Shown: positions 29,908 through 39,806, numbered from the stretch's first letter. The stretch: DNA of 64,000 bases from Verrucomicrobiaceae bacterium (GCA_051252135.1 JBPOGH010000005.1:160001-224000); one strand, 5' to 3'. Made by a program: numbers and translations. Notes: generated from the sequence alone by a model not told the origin.

Positions 29908-31697
29908 ACCTCCGCCGCATTCTGCTGCCGCGTGATATCATTTAAGGTAATCACCCCCACCAGCCTCCTCGGGTCCACCGCGCTCACCACCGGAGCCTGC
30001 TGATAATCATTCTCGATCAATCGATTCGCCGCATCCCGAATCGACACATCAGGCGTAAAGGTCATCAGCACCTGCTCGTCCACAATCTCCGCAATCTTCG
30101 TCTCCGGGGTCGACACCTGAAGCTCCCCCCGCGTCACCAGTCCGCAAAGCCCCCCGTCTTCCGCCACCACCGGATAAGAATGCTTCTGCAAATTACGGCG
30201 CCGTAACTCCGTCCGCGTCTGACTCACATTCGCCTCCAGCGGAATCGTCTCCACATCATGGGTCATGATCGCCGCAATCGGCAGCTGCGCGTAATCCTGC
30301 CCGCCCCGATAACTCGGCATCCGCTTCAAGGAAATCCCGTCCTGCATCAGCAGCGCATCGTAAATCGGCGTCCGCTGCAGCCGCGTCGCAATCCCCCACG
30401 CCAGCAAATTCCCCCCCATGATCGGCAGAATCAGCGAATAATTCCCCGTCATCTCAAAGATCATGATCAGGGACGTCAGCGGATTCCTGATCACCGCCCC
30501 AAAAAGAGCCCCCATCCCCAACAACACACATCCCCCGATCACCTCCTGATCACCCGGATATCCCGGAATCGGCACCGCCCCATTCAAAGCCGCCATCCCA
30601 AACCCCATCATCCCCCCAATCATCCCGCCCAAAAATAAGGTCGGCGAAAACAAACCGCCCGACCCTCCCGTCGCATAGTTCACCACCACCGCCAATCCCT
30701 TCAACACGAACAGCACCGCCAGTATCCCAATCGCCAGCTTCGCCTCAAAGGCCAGCTCCAGACTGTCATAACCCACCGAAAACACATCGTGCGACGCCTC
30801 CCCCAGCAAGCCCGTAAAATACCACCCCGCCAACCCAAGACACCCCATCGCCAATCCCCCCGCCGCCGGACGAATCCACACCGGAACCGCCTCCCTCTCC
30901 CTCACCCACCCGCGCAACCCCACAATCGACGCCGTAAATGCCGTCCCAAACAACCCCGCCACCAAGCCCAACGGCAACGCCACCAACATCCAAAGCGACG
31001 TATGGTAATCCGGCGACAGGTGCGTATTCACGATCGGATTCTCTCCCAATATCATCCGCGACGTCGCCGCCGCAATCACCACCGCCACCGCAATCCCCCC
31101 CAACGCCTTCATCGAAAACCCATCCATCAACTCCTCAAAAACAAACATGATCGCCGCAATCGGCGCATTAAATGCCGCCGCCACACCTCCCGCCACCCCC
31201 ACCGGCACCAACGCCTGCTGCCGCTGCCGGTCCCGAAACCCCCAACGCCCGATCCGCGAGCCAATCGCCGCCGACACATGCACCGTCGGCCCCTCCCGCC
31301 CCAAACTGTTTCCCAGTCCCACATACAGCGTTCCCAAAACAAACCGCCAAAAACCATCCCGCGCCGAAATCTTCCCCCCATTGTTGAAATACGCCGCCTT
31401 CGTCTGCGGAATCCCGCTTCCCGCCGAGTTCGGCGAAAGATACTTCACCCCCAACCCCACCGCCAACCCTCCCAACGTCGGCGCCAACAACATCACCGCA
31501 ACAAACCCTCCCGGATTCATCCTCTCCGCCAAACGCCACACCTGGTCAAAAAGACCATGAATCGCAAAGTGAAAAGCCACCGCCACCAACCCGCACAACA
31601 ACCCGCACACCACGCAAAACACCATGAACCGCTGACCCACATCCAGCCGCGCCCGCAAGCGGTCGGCCAAGGTGCGGGAACGGGATCGGAGCGACAT
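29904..31697 (-). CDS. ClC chloride channel/antiporter with CBS domains
   Basis: GSGIP, GREGP and GGLFSPTL motifs; C-terminal CBS pair. Confidence 0.92.
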   Translation of the reverse strand: MSLRSRSRTLADRLRARLDVGQRFMVFCVVCGLLCGLVAVAFHFAIHGLFDQVWRLAERMNPGGFVAVMLLAPTLGGLAVGLGVKYLSPNSAGSGIPQTKAAYFNNGGKISARDGFWRFVLGTLYVGLGNSLGREGPTVHVSAAIGSRIGRWGFRDRQRQQALVPVGVAGGVAAAFNAPIAAIMFVFEELMDGFSMKALGGIAVAVVIAAATSRMILGENPIVNTHLSPDYHTSLWMLVALPLGLVAGLFGTAFTASIVGLRGWVREREAVPVWIRPAAGGLAMGCLGLAGWYFTGLLGEASHDVFSVGYDSLELAFEAKLAIGILAVLFVLKGLAVVVNYATGGSGGLFSPTLFLGGMIGGMMGFGMAALNGAVPIPGYPGDQEVIGGCVLLGMGALFGAVIRNPLTSLIMIFEMTGNYSLILPIMGGNLLAWGIATRLQRTPIYDALLMQDGISLKRMPSYRGGQDYAQLPIAAIMTHDVETIPLEANVSQTRTELRRRNLQKHSYPVVAEDGGLCGLVTRGELQVSTPETKIAEIVDEQVLMTFTPDVSIRDAANRLIENDYQQAPVVSAVDPRRLVGVITLNDITRQQNAAEV

Positions 31698-31751
31698 GGG
31701 AAACAACCCGCTCCCCTTGCGCCCTTATCGCATCATATTCAAGCCCGTAAC

Positions 31752-31788
31752 AAAAAACGACCGCTCCTTTTCAGGAACGGTCGTCTTT
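31752..31788 (-). terminator. Intrinsic terminator of rpoA-rplQ
   Basis: Minus strand ACGACCGTTCCT-GAAA-AGGAGCGGTCGT followed by a T run. Confidence 0.85.
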
Positions 31789-31815
31789 AAATCTAAATGA
31801 AATGACAGAAGGATT

Positions 31816-32223
31816 CTACTCCTCGCCTGCCTCTTCAATATCCTCGATACCGGGATCAGCAAGGTTCTCAAGGTCGACCCACTCGATGAATGCCATCTGG
31901 GCGGAGTCGGTCATGCGGGCACCCAGCTTGGTGATCCGGGTGTAACCACCGGGGCGATCACCTACTGCGGGAGCCACTTCGCCAAAGAGGCGGCTCACTG
32001 CATCCTTCTGACGAAGGAAACGGAAGGCCGTCCGGCGGGAGTGAACAGTGTCCTCCTTGGCAAGAGTCACAAGCTTCTCCACAATGGGGCGGATCGCTTT
32101 TGCCTTGGCAAGAGTGGTGCGGATACGGCCGTGCTGAATGATTGCACATGCCTGATTGGCCAGGAGGGCGGAACGGTGTCCGTCACGGCGCTGGAGTCTG
32201 ACGGTTTTCTTACGATGTCTCAT
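31816..32223 (-). CDS. rplQ: 50S ribosomal protein L17
   Basis: MRHRK, IRTTLAKAK and RPGGYTRI motifs. Confidence 0.97.
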   Translation of the reverse strand: MRHRKKTVRLQRRDGHRSALLANQACAIIQHGRIRTTLAKAKAIRPIVEKLVTLAKEDTVHSRRTAFRFLRQKDAVSRLFGEVAPAVGDRPGGYTRITKLGARMTDSAQMAFIEWVDLENLADPGIEDIEEAGEE

Positions 32224-32255
32224 CGGTCTAAGTTCTTTCTGATGTAAGAGGTGGT

Positions 32256-33377
32256 TTACTGGTCGAGGTTCTGGGCGATCAAATCAGCCAGTCCCACAGG
32301 GGCCTCTTCTTCGACACCGAGACGTGGTGCCATTGGGGCACCGAGAGCGGCTCCGGAGAGGAGAGATGGATCAAGGTTCATGCCCAGTCCAAGTCCAAGC
32401 TCATGAAGCTTGTCCTTGATCTCGTTAAGCGACTTCTTACCGAAGTTACGATACTTGAGCATTTCAGCCTCGGTCTTAAGCGCAAGCTGTCCGACAGAGG
32501 TGATATTGGCATTGTTGAGGCAGTTCGCGGCACGAACAGAAAGTTCGATCTCGTTCACGCTCATGTTGAGAAGCTTCTTGAGAGCGGCATTCTCTTCGGA
32601 CTGCTCGGCTGGAGCTTCCTCAAACTCCACTGCGTTGTCGTCGTAATTGACGAACACGTCGAGGTGATGACGAAGAATTGCCGAAGCCTGAAGAAGTGCG
32701 TCGTGTGGCTCAATGCGACCGTCCGTCCAGATGTCGAGGACAAGCTGGTCGTAGTCAGTGATCTGACCCACGCGAGTCGCTCCCACCGAATACTTAACAC
32801 GGGAAACAGGCGAAAAGATCGAGTCGATCGCGATCACTCCGATCGGAGCACCGTCACGCTTGTTCTCATCACCCGTCTTGAATCCACGTCCGACCTGGAC
32901 TTCAAATTCACAGTCAAACTTGATCTTCTTATCGAGGGTGCAGATCACTTGATCCTTGTTCACCACTTCGTAGTTGTTGTCTTCCTCAATGTCACCGGCG
33001 GTGACCACACCGGCCTTATTCAGGCTGATGGAAAGAACACGGGGCTCCTTCGAGTGAGCCTTGAACTTGATCTTCTTAAGGTTCAGCACGATGTCGGTGA
33101 CATCTTCGACCACTCCGGGGAGGGTGGCGAATTCGTGCTGCACTCCGGCAATACGCACGGAAGTGATCGCAGCTCCTTCCAAAGAGGAAAGGAGGACGCG
33201 ACGGAGAGAGTTACCGATCGTGTGACCATATCCCTGTTCAAAGGGCTCGGCAGTGAAGCGAGCATAGGTCTCGGTTGCGGTGTCCTCGTCTTTGACAAGG
33301 CGATTCGGGAGCTCGAAGCGGTTAAGCTTAACGGCGTTTGTTTCTTCTAGCTGATTCTCAGCGTTTTCTTCTGACAT
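32256..33377 (-). CDS. rpoA: RNA polymerase alpha subunit
   Basis: EPFEQGYGHTIGNSLRRVLLSS, ELSVRAANCL and NFGKKSLNEI motifs. Confidence 0.98.
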   Translation of the reverse strand: MSEENAENQLEETNAVKLNRFELPNRLVKDEDTATETYARFTAEPFEQGYGHTIGNSLRRVLLSSLEGAAITSVRIAGVQHEFATLPGVVEDVTDIVLNLKKIKFKAHSKEPRVLSISLNKAGVVTAGDIEEDNNYEVVNKDQVICTLDKKIKFDCEFEVQVGRGFKTGDENKRDGAPIGVIAIDSIFSPVSRVKYSVGATRVGQITDYDQLVLDIWTDGRIEPHDALLQASAILRHHLDVFVNYDDNAVEFEEAPAEQSEENAALKKLLNMSVNEIELSVRAANCLNNANITSVGQLALKTEAEMLKYRNFGKKSLNEIKDKLHELGLGLGMNLDPSLLSGAALGAPMAPRLGVEEEAPVGLADLIAQNLDQ

Positions 33378-33610
33378 TTCTGTAAGTAGGTTGACCGGGT
33401 TACCCTCTGGCGAGTTTCAGGAAATCAGGGAAATCCTGCAGAGGACCAACGGTCGTTGGAATTTCTCGCGGGGCGGGAAAGAATCAGCTTTGAAGGGCTT
33501 AAGCAATGCTTTTTTCTCTGCAAATTAAGGAAATTTCCGCACCCATTGCCGATTTTGGATGAAAATAGCGAAACCTGCGCTACTGGTAACATGTTAGCCG
33601 TTAGATCATA

Positions 33611-33871
33611 ATGAAGTCCCGCAAAAACCTCACTCGCTTTACCTACGAGAACGCCGCCTTCGAAGGCTGGCGGCTTTGCCTCAGCCGCGCCGGCACCACC
33701 TTTACCAGATATTTCTCCGATAAAGCCTACGGCGGCCCCCGCAAATCCCTCACCGCCGCAGAAAGCGCCAAAGAAGCCTTGGTCAAACTGGTTGATAATT
33801 CCCGCCGCGTTAATGGAAAGCTCAGCAAGACGACCATTCAGAAGGGACAGAAGCTTCTCGACGACGCCTGA
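33611..33871 (+). CDS. Small AP2-like DNA-binding protein
   Basis: GWRLCLSRAG...RYFSDKAYGG...A pattern resembling bacterial AP2 domains. Confidence 0.55.
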   Translation: MKSRKNLTRFTYENAAFEGWRLCLSRAGTTFTRYFSDKAYGGPRKSLTAAESAKEALVKLVDNSRRVNGKLSKTTIQKGQKLLDDA

Positions 33872-33875
33872 TCCC

Positions 33876-35261
33876 ATGCCCCGCCCCTACTCCCGAGCCG
33901 TCCACTGGTTCCGCCGCGACCTCCGTCTCAGCGACAATTCCGCCCTATTCGCCGCCTCCCGGCAGTCTGACAGCCTCATTCCCGCCTATATCCTGAGCGA
34001 CTGGAAAGGCCACCACCTCTGGACCGGCCCCAAAAGACAACAATTCCTCTGCGAATCCCTCGAATCCCTCGCGAAAAATATCGAGCACCTCGGCGGACAC
34101 CTCATCATCAGGCAAGGCGACCCACTCGCCGAACTCGAAACACTTCTTAAGGAATCAAACGCCGACGCCCTTTTCTTCAATCGCGACGTCGACCCCTTCG
34201 GCAAAGCCATCGAGGAAAAAGTCACCACCCTCTGCCAAAATCTCGGCATCGCCTGTCACCCCCATCAGGACGCCACCCTCCACAGTCCGGAAGAAATCCT
34301 CAAGGGCGATGGCACCCCATACCGCGTCTACACCCCCTTCTCCAAACCCTGGCTCGCCGCCGAAAAACCAAAACCTGTCGGGAAACCCTCGCAATTCAAC
34401 ACCCCTCCCGACCTCTCATCCCTCCCCCTCCCCTCCCTCAGCACCTGGAATCTCGAGTCCGATGGGGACCAAATCCTCCCCGGCGGTGAAAAAGCCGCCC
34501 GACTCCGCATGAAGGACGCCCTCAAACGGGTCCCCTCCTACGAAAAAAACCGCGACATCCCATCCGTCCCCGGCACCAGCCGCCTCTCCCAGGACCTCCG
34601 CTGGGGCACTCTCTCCATCCGCGAACTTTACCAAAAGGCACAGGAATGCGGCTCGCTTCAATACCTTAAGGAACTCGCCTGGCGCGAATTCTACTTCGCC
34701 ATCCTCCACCACTTCCCCGAAGTCCTCGAACTGGAATTCAACCCCGTCTGGCGCGGCCTCCCGTGGGATGAACCCGGTGAACAATTCGAAGCCTGGAAAA
34801 CAGGAAACACCGGATTCCCCATCATCGACGCCGGAATCCGCGAACTCCTCGCCACCGGATTCATGCACAACCGCGTTCGCATGATCGTCGCCATGTTTCT
34901 CACCAAAGACCTCCACATCGACTGGCGTCTTGGCGAGCAATTCTTCATGCAACACCTCCTCGATGGCGAGATCGCCTCAAACAACGGAGGCTGGCAATGG
35001 AGCGCCGGAACCGGAGCGGACGCCGCCCCCTACTTCCGTATCCAAAATCCCTGGTCCCAAACCAAACGCTTCGACCCCAAGGGCGACTACATCCGCAAAT
35101 GGGTCCCCGAACTCGAAAAAGTCCCTGCCAAGGCCCTCATCGCCCCACCCGAAAACGGTCAACCCATCGCCCCGGACTACGTCTCGCCCATCCTCGATCA
35201 CAGCCGCGAGCGCCTCGCCACTCTTGCCACCTTCAAGAAGCACCGCGCACAACAATCCTAA
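33876..35261 (+). CDS. phr: Deoxyribodipyrimidine photolyase
   Basis: WFRRDLRLSDN, TSRLS, TGFPIIDAG, MHNRVRM and NNGGWQW motifs. Confidence 0.93.
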   Translation: MPRPYSRAVHWFRRDLRLSDNSALFAASRQSDSLIPAYILSDWKGHHLWTGPKRQQFLCESLESLAKNIEHLGGHLIIRQGDPLAELETLLKESNADALFFNRDVDPFGKAIEEKVTTLCQNLGIACHPHQDATLHSPEEILKGDGTPYRVYTPFSKPWLAAEKPKPVGKPSQFNTPPDLSSLPLPSLSTWNLESDGDQILPGGEKAARLRMKDALKRVPSYEKNRDIPSVPGTSRLSQDLRWGTLSIRELYQKAQECGSLQYLKELAWREFYFAILHHFPEVLELEFNPVWRGLPWDEPGEQFEAWKTGNTGFPIIDAGIRELLATGFMHNRVRMIVAMFLTKDLHIDWRLGEQFFMQHLLDGEIASNNGGWQWSAGTGADAAPYFRIQNPWSQTKRFDPKGDYIRKWVPELEKVPAKALIAPPENGQPIAPDYVSPILDHSRERLATLATFKKHRAQQS

Positions 35262-35263
35262 AG

Positions 35264-36322
35264 CTATTCGCGCACCGGCTCGACTTCCTTCTCCTGAGCC
35301 GCTTCTTCTTCGAGCACCGCTTCCGCCTGCTCCATCAACTTCGGAATTTCTTCCAAAAGATTCTCAACCGGGAGCGCATAGTTTTCCACCCGGTTCGCAT
35401 AAGCGATATTCATCCCCACACATTGCCCTTCAAGAGTCAGCAAGGGCCCTCCCACCGTCCGCTTGCTCAACACGATTTCGTGCTGGATCGCCATCGGAAA
35501 TCCCGTCCGCCGCCGCGAAAGCTGGGTGTCCCCTCCGCTCATCTGATCATTACGACTCTGCGATCCCCCGTAAAGTTCATGGCGTGCCATCAACTCAACC
35601 TCGAACTTCAACACCTCTTCCCCCCGCTTGATTTCAAGAGGCAAAAAATCCCCGGCAGACTTCGCCTTGATCACCTCGATCAACTCATCGTGTTTCGCGA
35701 TCGGCTTTCCATCCGCCACCAAAATCACATCGCCCTTCTTCAGGCCCGCTTTCTCCGCGCCTGACTTCTCACTCACCATCGAGACCACCACCCCTTCGTC
35801 GGAATCCTTCAACGCAACCCCCAGCACCGCCGGAGTTCCTCCGGGAATCTCCCGCTTGTTGGCACTGATAATCCCTACTCTGGGCCGACGATATTTCCGC
35901 TGCGTCGCTCCATTGCACACCACCCACGTGCCATGGGGCAGATCACTTGATGAAGCCCATGGCACCGGCGTAAGCCCCGTCGCATCCACCTTCACCAATG
36001 CCAGGTCCCAGGTCTCATCCACCGCCAGAATCCGGGGATCGCGATAAAGCGAGGAATCGATCCGCACCGTGAACTTGCTCCCTTCATTGAGCTCGCTCGC
36101 CTTCGTCAAAATATAACCGTCCTCACTGATCACCGTCCCATAGACAAAGTTCAGCCGCGTCATTTCATCATAAAACACCGCACTACTCTTCTGAAGCACC
36201 ACCCGCACCGGCTCCACCGCATTCTGCACCAACTTGCTATTCTTCCGTTGCTCGGCAGGCAGGGAATTGGCCAAAAGGGAATCCGCCAGTAAAAGCGGTA
36301 AGATCATCAGGTAGCGGATCAT
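35264..36322 (-). CDS. Trypsin-like fold + PDZ protein, catalytic residues apparently lost
   Basis: ILTKASEL in place of LTxxH and RTVGGPL in place of GDSGGPL; internal PDZ. Confidence 0.75.
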   Translation of the reverse strand: MIRYLMILPLLLADSLLANSLPAEQRKNSKLVQNAVEPVRVVLQKSSAVFYDEMTRLNFVYGTVISEDGYILTKASELNEGSKFTVRIDSSLYRDPRILAVDETWDLALVKVDATGLTPVPWASSSDLPHGTWVVCNGATQRKYRRPRVGIISANKREIPGGTPAVLGVALKDSDEGVVVSMVSEKSGAEKAGLKKGDVILVADGKPIAKHDELIEVIKAKSAGDFLPLEIKRGEEVLKFEVELMARHELYGGSQSRNDQMSGGDTQLSRRRTGFPMAIQHEIVLSKRTVGGPLLTLEGQCVGMNIAYANRVENYALPVENLLEEIPKLMEQAEAVLEEEAAQEKEVEPVRE

Positions 36323-37284
36323 GGTCGTTCTGCGAGTTTAACTTTGGATTCGGTGACTTCCTCTCCTCGCTTCCACCGAAATGATACGGACTCACCCGAG
36401 CCCCTTTTTTCAAGAGCTTCATACAGGGCCTCTTCGCTTCCCAATTCCACCCCGTCAAATTCCTCCAACAAATCCCCCTCCTTCAGCCCCGCCTCCGCTG
36501 CGACACTCTCCGGAAACACCTCGGTCACCCGAAGCCCCCCTTCCGCACTCTCCACCTTCACCCCGAAAAATCCGCTCCCCGGCTCCCCCTTTTGCGCAAA
36601 GGCACCCTCCCCCACAAACTCGCTATTAAGCATCTCATCCCATTTCCGCTGAAACTCACGCAGCGGCACATGCATGCTCTCCTCCTTTGACGCACCCACC
36701 CGACTGTGAATCGCAATCAGATTCCCCTCGATATCAAAAAGCGGTCCTCCCGAATCCCCCCCAATCAACACACAATCGGACTGCACCGTCGAGTCCGCCT
36801 GCCGCACAATCCGGCCCACCCGCACATTCACCCCCCGCGCCTCATCGAATCCCCCGGAATGCCCCAGCGCAAAAACCCAATCGCCCAACTTAAAGGAATC
36901 CTCCCTATCCACCTCAACATAGGGAAACGGCCCCGGATCGGTAATCTGAAGCATCGCCGCATCCGTTTCGGAATTCAGCCCAAGCGAAACCCCCTTCAAC
37001 TTCCGCCCATCCTCCAGCACCACCGTAATATCATTATCAACCCCGCCCGACACGTGCGCCGCCGTCAAAACAAGACCGTCTTCGGAAATAATCACCCCGC
37101 TTCCCGATCCCTCCCCGATTTCCAGACACACCGTCGCCGCCCGCGTCTTCGCCAGATTCGCCTGCAGACTCTTTTGAATATTCGCCAGATCCTCCAAAGA
37201 CTCCGGAGCCTTCTGATCGTTAAAGTAAGGACGGCCTTCCAGTCCCCCGGCAAAAATCACTGCCGCAAATATCCACTTCGTCAT
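36319..37284 (-). CDS. S1C (HtrA-like) serine protease with PDZ
   Basis: LTAAHV, TDAAML and GDSGGPL motifs; C-terminal PDZ. Confidence 0.9.
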   Translation of the reverse strand: MTKWIFAAVIFAGGLEGRPYFNDQKAPESLEDLANIQKSLQANLAKTRAATVCLEIGEGSGSGVIISEDGLVLTAAHVSGGVDNDITVVLEDGRKLKGVSLGLNSETDAAMLQITDPGPFPYVEVDREDSFKLGDWVFALGHSGGFDEARGVNVRVGRIVRQADSTVQSDCVLIGGDSGGPLFDIEGNLIAIHSRVGASKEESMHVPLREFQRKWDEMLNSEFVGEGAFAQKGEPGSGFFGVKVESAEGGLRVTEVFPESVAAEAGLKEGDLLEEFDGVELGSEEALYEALEKRGSGESVSFRWKRGEEVTESKVKLAERP

Positions 37285-37349
37285 CGGCCACAAAATACGC
37301 CCGAACTCCCCCGATGGCAATGGACAAACACAGTTCCTGCCCAAGGTAC

Positions 37350-37440
37350 AAAAAGAAGCCCGACCGACGCTCGACAGGAAAACCCCCTTACCTGTACAGG
37401 ATGAACAGCCAGCCGGACTTCAAAACCTTTCGAAATCTCG
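37350..37440 (-). ncRNA. Candidate small structured RNA
   Basis: 18-bp G-U-rich stem that pairs well only on the minus strand (37421-37355), inner ACAGG/CCTGT hairpin, trailing T run, upstream TTGTCA-N17-TTGCTT. Confidence 0.55.
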
Positions 37441-37493
37441 TGGCACGAAGCAACCCACTGGAACTCAGGTTGACAAGCGCAAAAACGCAAACT

Positions 37494-38531
37494 TCACATC
37501 CGCTGGAGATAATCGGGCACCTCATCCCTCTGAAGCGATGGCGGCAAAGTCGGACTACTGTAAGTAATCAGAGCTCCCACACCCGCCGCATGGGGCGCTT
37601 CCAGCAATGGACTGCCCTCGGACTCCGGAAACACATAAACTCGTTTTCGATCTGCTAACCATTTCCCCAAAAATCCCAACCCTGCCGCACTCATCAGAAA
37701 TGCCAATCCGCCAACCGCCAGCTGAAATTCCCTCTTTGCCAACAACGCCGAAATCCCCTCAGGGGACTTCTCCTCCCCCTCCAGGTCACTCGTAATCGGA
37801 TGCACCACCCCGGGCTCCTCTTCGGAAAATTCAGCCAACCCCTTCTCCATCCAATACAGCCGAATCGACAGCTGCACCGAAAAACTCTCAATCTGCGCAA
37901 CCGCCTCCGAACGATCCAATGCCTCCTCCACCGATCGAATCAAGGCATTCCGTCGATCCTCCGAGCTCGTGGCCCTGACTACTTCCGGAGAATACGCAAT
38001 CATCGTCCTCTCCGGCATCCCGAGAAAATAAAACACAACCGCCGAAGGGGATTTCCCCTTCATTTGCGTCGCCATCACCTTCTCCACACTCTCCCCCTCC
38101 GGCAACTCCTGCTTCGCATCAAACAGGTAAAAATAAATATCCAACTTCGAGTCCTTCGCATGGTAGGACAAAAAACCCTGACGATCCCGGCTCTCCTGCG
38201 GAGTCAGCAAATTCTGGGGATCAATCAAATACCCCTCCGGCGCCTGATTGAAATAAGGATCGAAAAACTCCTCCGCGATCGTCGTCGGCCACTCCTCCTC
38301 AATCTCCTCCGGCTCCGGAATATCCATCAGCTCCGGATCCAGCTCAATCGACCCTCCCCCCTCCGCAAAAAGCCGCTCCAACGCCAGGCTCCCCAAAAGA
38401 GATGACCCGGGAATCACCTCCCCGTTCTGGACCGCTTCCAGATCCTTCTCCTCCCACTGAGGCAACTCAATCGTCTGGGAAAACAACGGAATCCCCCAAA
38501 ATATCACCACCCCGGCCAGAAATCTCCTCAT
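37494..38531 (-). CDS. Hypothetical membrane-anchored protein (possible TPM-like domain)
   Basis: Signal-like N-terminus, YLIDPQNLL and a late TM helix; ATGA overlap with the upstream gene. Confidence 0.7.
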   Translation of the reverse strand: MRRFLAGVVIFWGIPLFSQTIELPQWEEKDLEAVQNGEVIPGSSLLGSLALERLFAEGGGSIELDPELMDIPEPEEIEEEWPTTIAEEFFDPYFNQAPEGYLIDPQNLLTPQESRDRQGFLSYHAKDSKLDIYFYLFDAKQELPEGESVEKVMATQMKGKSPSAVVFYFLGMPERTMIAYSPEVVRATSSEDRRNALIRSVEEALDRSEAVAQIESFSVQLSIRLYWMEKGLAEFSEEEPGVVHPITSDLEGEEKSPEGISALLAKREFQLAVGGLAFLMSAAGLGFLGKWLADRKRVYVFPESEGSPLLEAPHAAGVGALITYSSPTLPPSLQRDEVPDYLQRM

Positions 38532-39187
38532 AATTCCTGCTCCACCTTGGGTTCAACTTCCACCTCCTGATTCCCCTCCCTGATTCTCTGCAAAATATGA
38601 TCAACCCGTTTCGGCGCCTGCCCGCTTGCCGCCAGGAGCGATTCCGGATCACGCTTCACCCGCCGCCAACCCTTCTTCAAACTGCCCTCGATCCGTTGAA
38701 CAATCACCTTAAAGGACTTCAGATACTCCCCCTGCAGCAAAAACGGATGCGCTGCAGAAAGCGCCTCAAACGTATTCTCCTCATCCAAATACGGCATGAG
38801 AGCATATCCAAAGGTCAGTGATGCCGTTTTCCCGTTCACATCCACCACCAACAAAATCCCATTCTCATTCGGACGATCAACCCCCACATCCGTATAGGCC
38901 GACCGATTGAGAAGCCAAAATCCAAACTGCCTCAAACTCGGAATCTCATCAAAAGCCCCCACATAAATCGACACAAACAACTGCGGAAATCGATGCTCAA
39001 ATCCCTGCAACACCTTCCGGATCGCCTCCCGCTCCTTCATCCGCAAGACCCCCGCCGCATCGGAAAGCTTCTGCAGCGACACATCATCGTTCCCAAACAG
39101 ATCATCCACATCAACCATCGAGAAGCCACAATGCGGGCACGAAGTGGCCGCGCGATGGATTCGCTGGACACAACGGGGACACTTCAT
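38528..39187 (-). CDS. TPM-domain-like protein with an N-terminal zinc ribbon
   Basis: CPRC...CPHC; DAAGVL...GILLVVD...FGYAL. Confidence 0.7.
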   Translation of the reverse strand: MKCPRCVQRIHRAATSCPHCGFSMVDVDDLFGNDDVSLQKLSDAAGVLRMKEREAIRKVLQGFEHRFPQLFVSIYVGAFDEIPSLRQFGFWLLNRSAYTDVGVDRPNENGILLVVDVNGKTASLTFGYALMPYLDEENTFEALSAAHPFLLQGEYLKSFKVIVQRIEGSLKKGWRRVKRDPESLLAASGQAPKRVDHILQRIREGNQEVEVEPKVEQEL

Positions 39188-39364
39188 GGAGATATTAAAT
39201 AGAACTTAAGCACCAGGGTCAAAACCCTTTGTCATGAGGTTTTGCCCAACGCAATCCAGCCCCACAATCTTCCACCATCCCGCCATCCTGCAAGAAAAGG
39301 TGAAAAAATCCTTGGCAAACAGACCGTTATCTACCAGCTTCCGCGCCCCACCGCCTTATTATTT

Positions 39365-39607
39365 ATGGTAACACTTCGTCTTTCCCGCAAAGGTTCTAAG
39401 GACCGCCCCTACTACAAGATCGTAGCCGTCGACAGCCGCAAGCGCCGTGATGGACGTTATATCGAGCAAATCGGAACCTATGATCCCATGATCGAAGGTG
39501 AAAACTACAAGCTCGATCTCGAAATGGCCGACAAATGGCTCGGAGTCGGCGCCAAGCCCTCCCCCACCGTCGCCAGCATCATCAAAAAGGTGCGCAAGGC
39601 AGGCTAA
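39365..39607 (+). CDS. rpsP: 30S ribosomal protein S16
   Basis: [20 protein letters not shown]...[15 protein letters not shown]. Confidence 0.97.
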   Translation: MVTLRLSRKGSKDRPYYKIVAVDSRKRRDGRYIEQIGTYDPMIEGENYKLDLEMADKWLGVGAKPSPTVASIIKKVRKAG

Positions 39608-39629
39608 TTTCAGCCTCCAAAAGAATTTC

Positions 39630-39662
39630 AACCCGCGGTGTCTCGTACACCCGGGTTTTTTA
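39630..39662 (+). terminator. Intrinsic terminator after rpsP
   Basis: AACCCG-C-GGTGT...ACACC-CGGGTT followed by a T run. Confidence 0.75.
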
Positions 39663-39714
39663 TTGCCCGCATGACTTGACCCGACCGCTCTCTTTGATAG
39701 CTTCCCGCCCGTCC

Positions 39715-39806
39715 GGAGGGATGGCTGAGCTTGGTTTAAGGCGCTCGATTCGAAATCGAGTGATGCAGTGATGTATCCGTGGGTTCGAATCCCACTTCCT
39801 CCGCCA
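39715..39806 (+). tRNA. tRNA-Ser (anticodon CGA)
   Basis: Acceptor stem GGAGGGA/TTCCTCC, anticodon arm CTCGA-TT-CGA-AA-TCGAG, long variable arm, GGTTCGAATCC, discriminator G and encoded CCA. Confidence 0.95.

Noticed and set aside
37350..37440. SRP (4.5S) RNA or 6S RNA identity for the hairpin RNA
   Set aside because: It lacks the SRP CAGG-GNRA-AGCA internal-loop signature and appears too short for 6S; left as an unassigned ncRNA
39715..39806. Possible tRNA-Sec to match the in-frame TGA genes
   Set aside because: The anticodon is CGA, not TCA, and the acceptor stem is a normal 7 bp; this is tRNA-Ser
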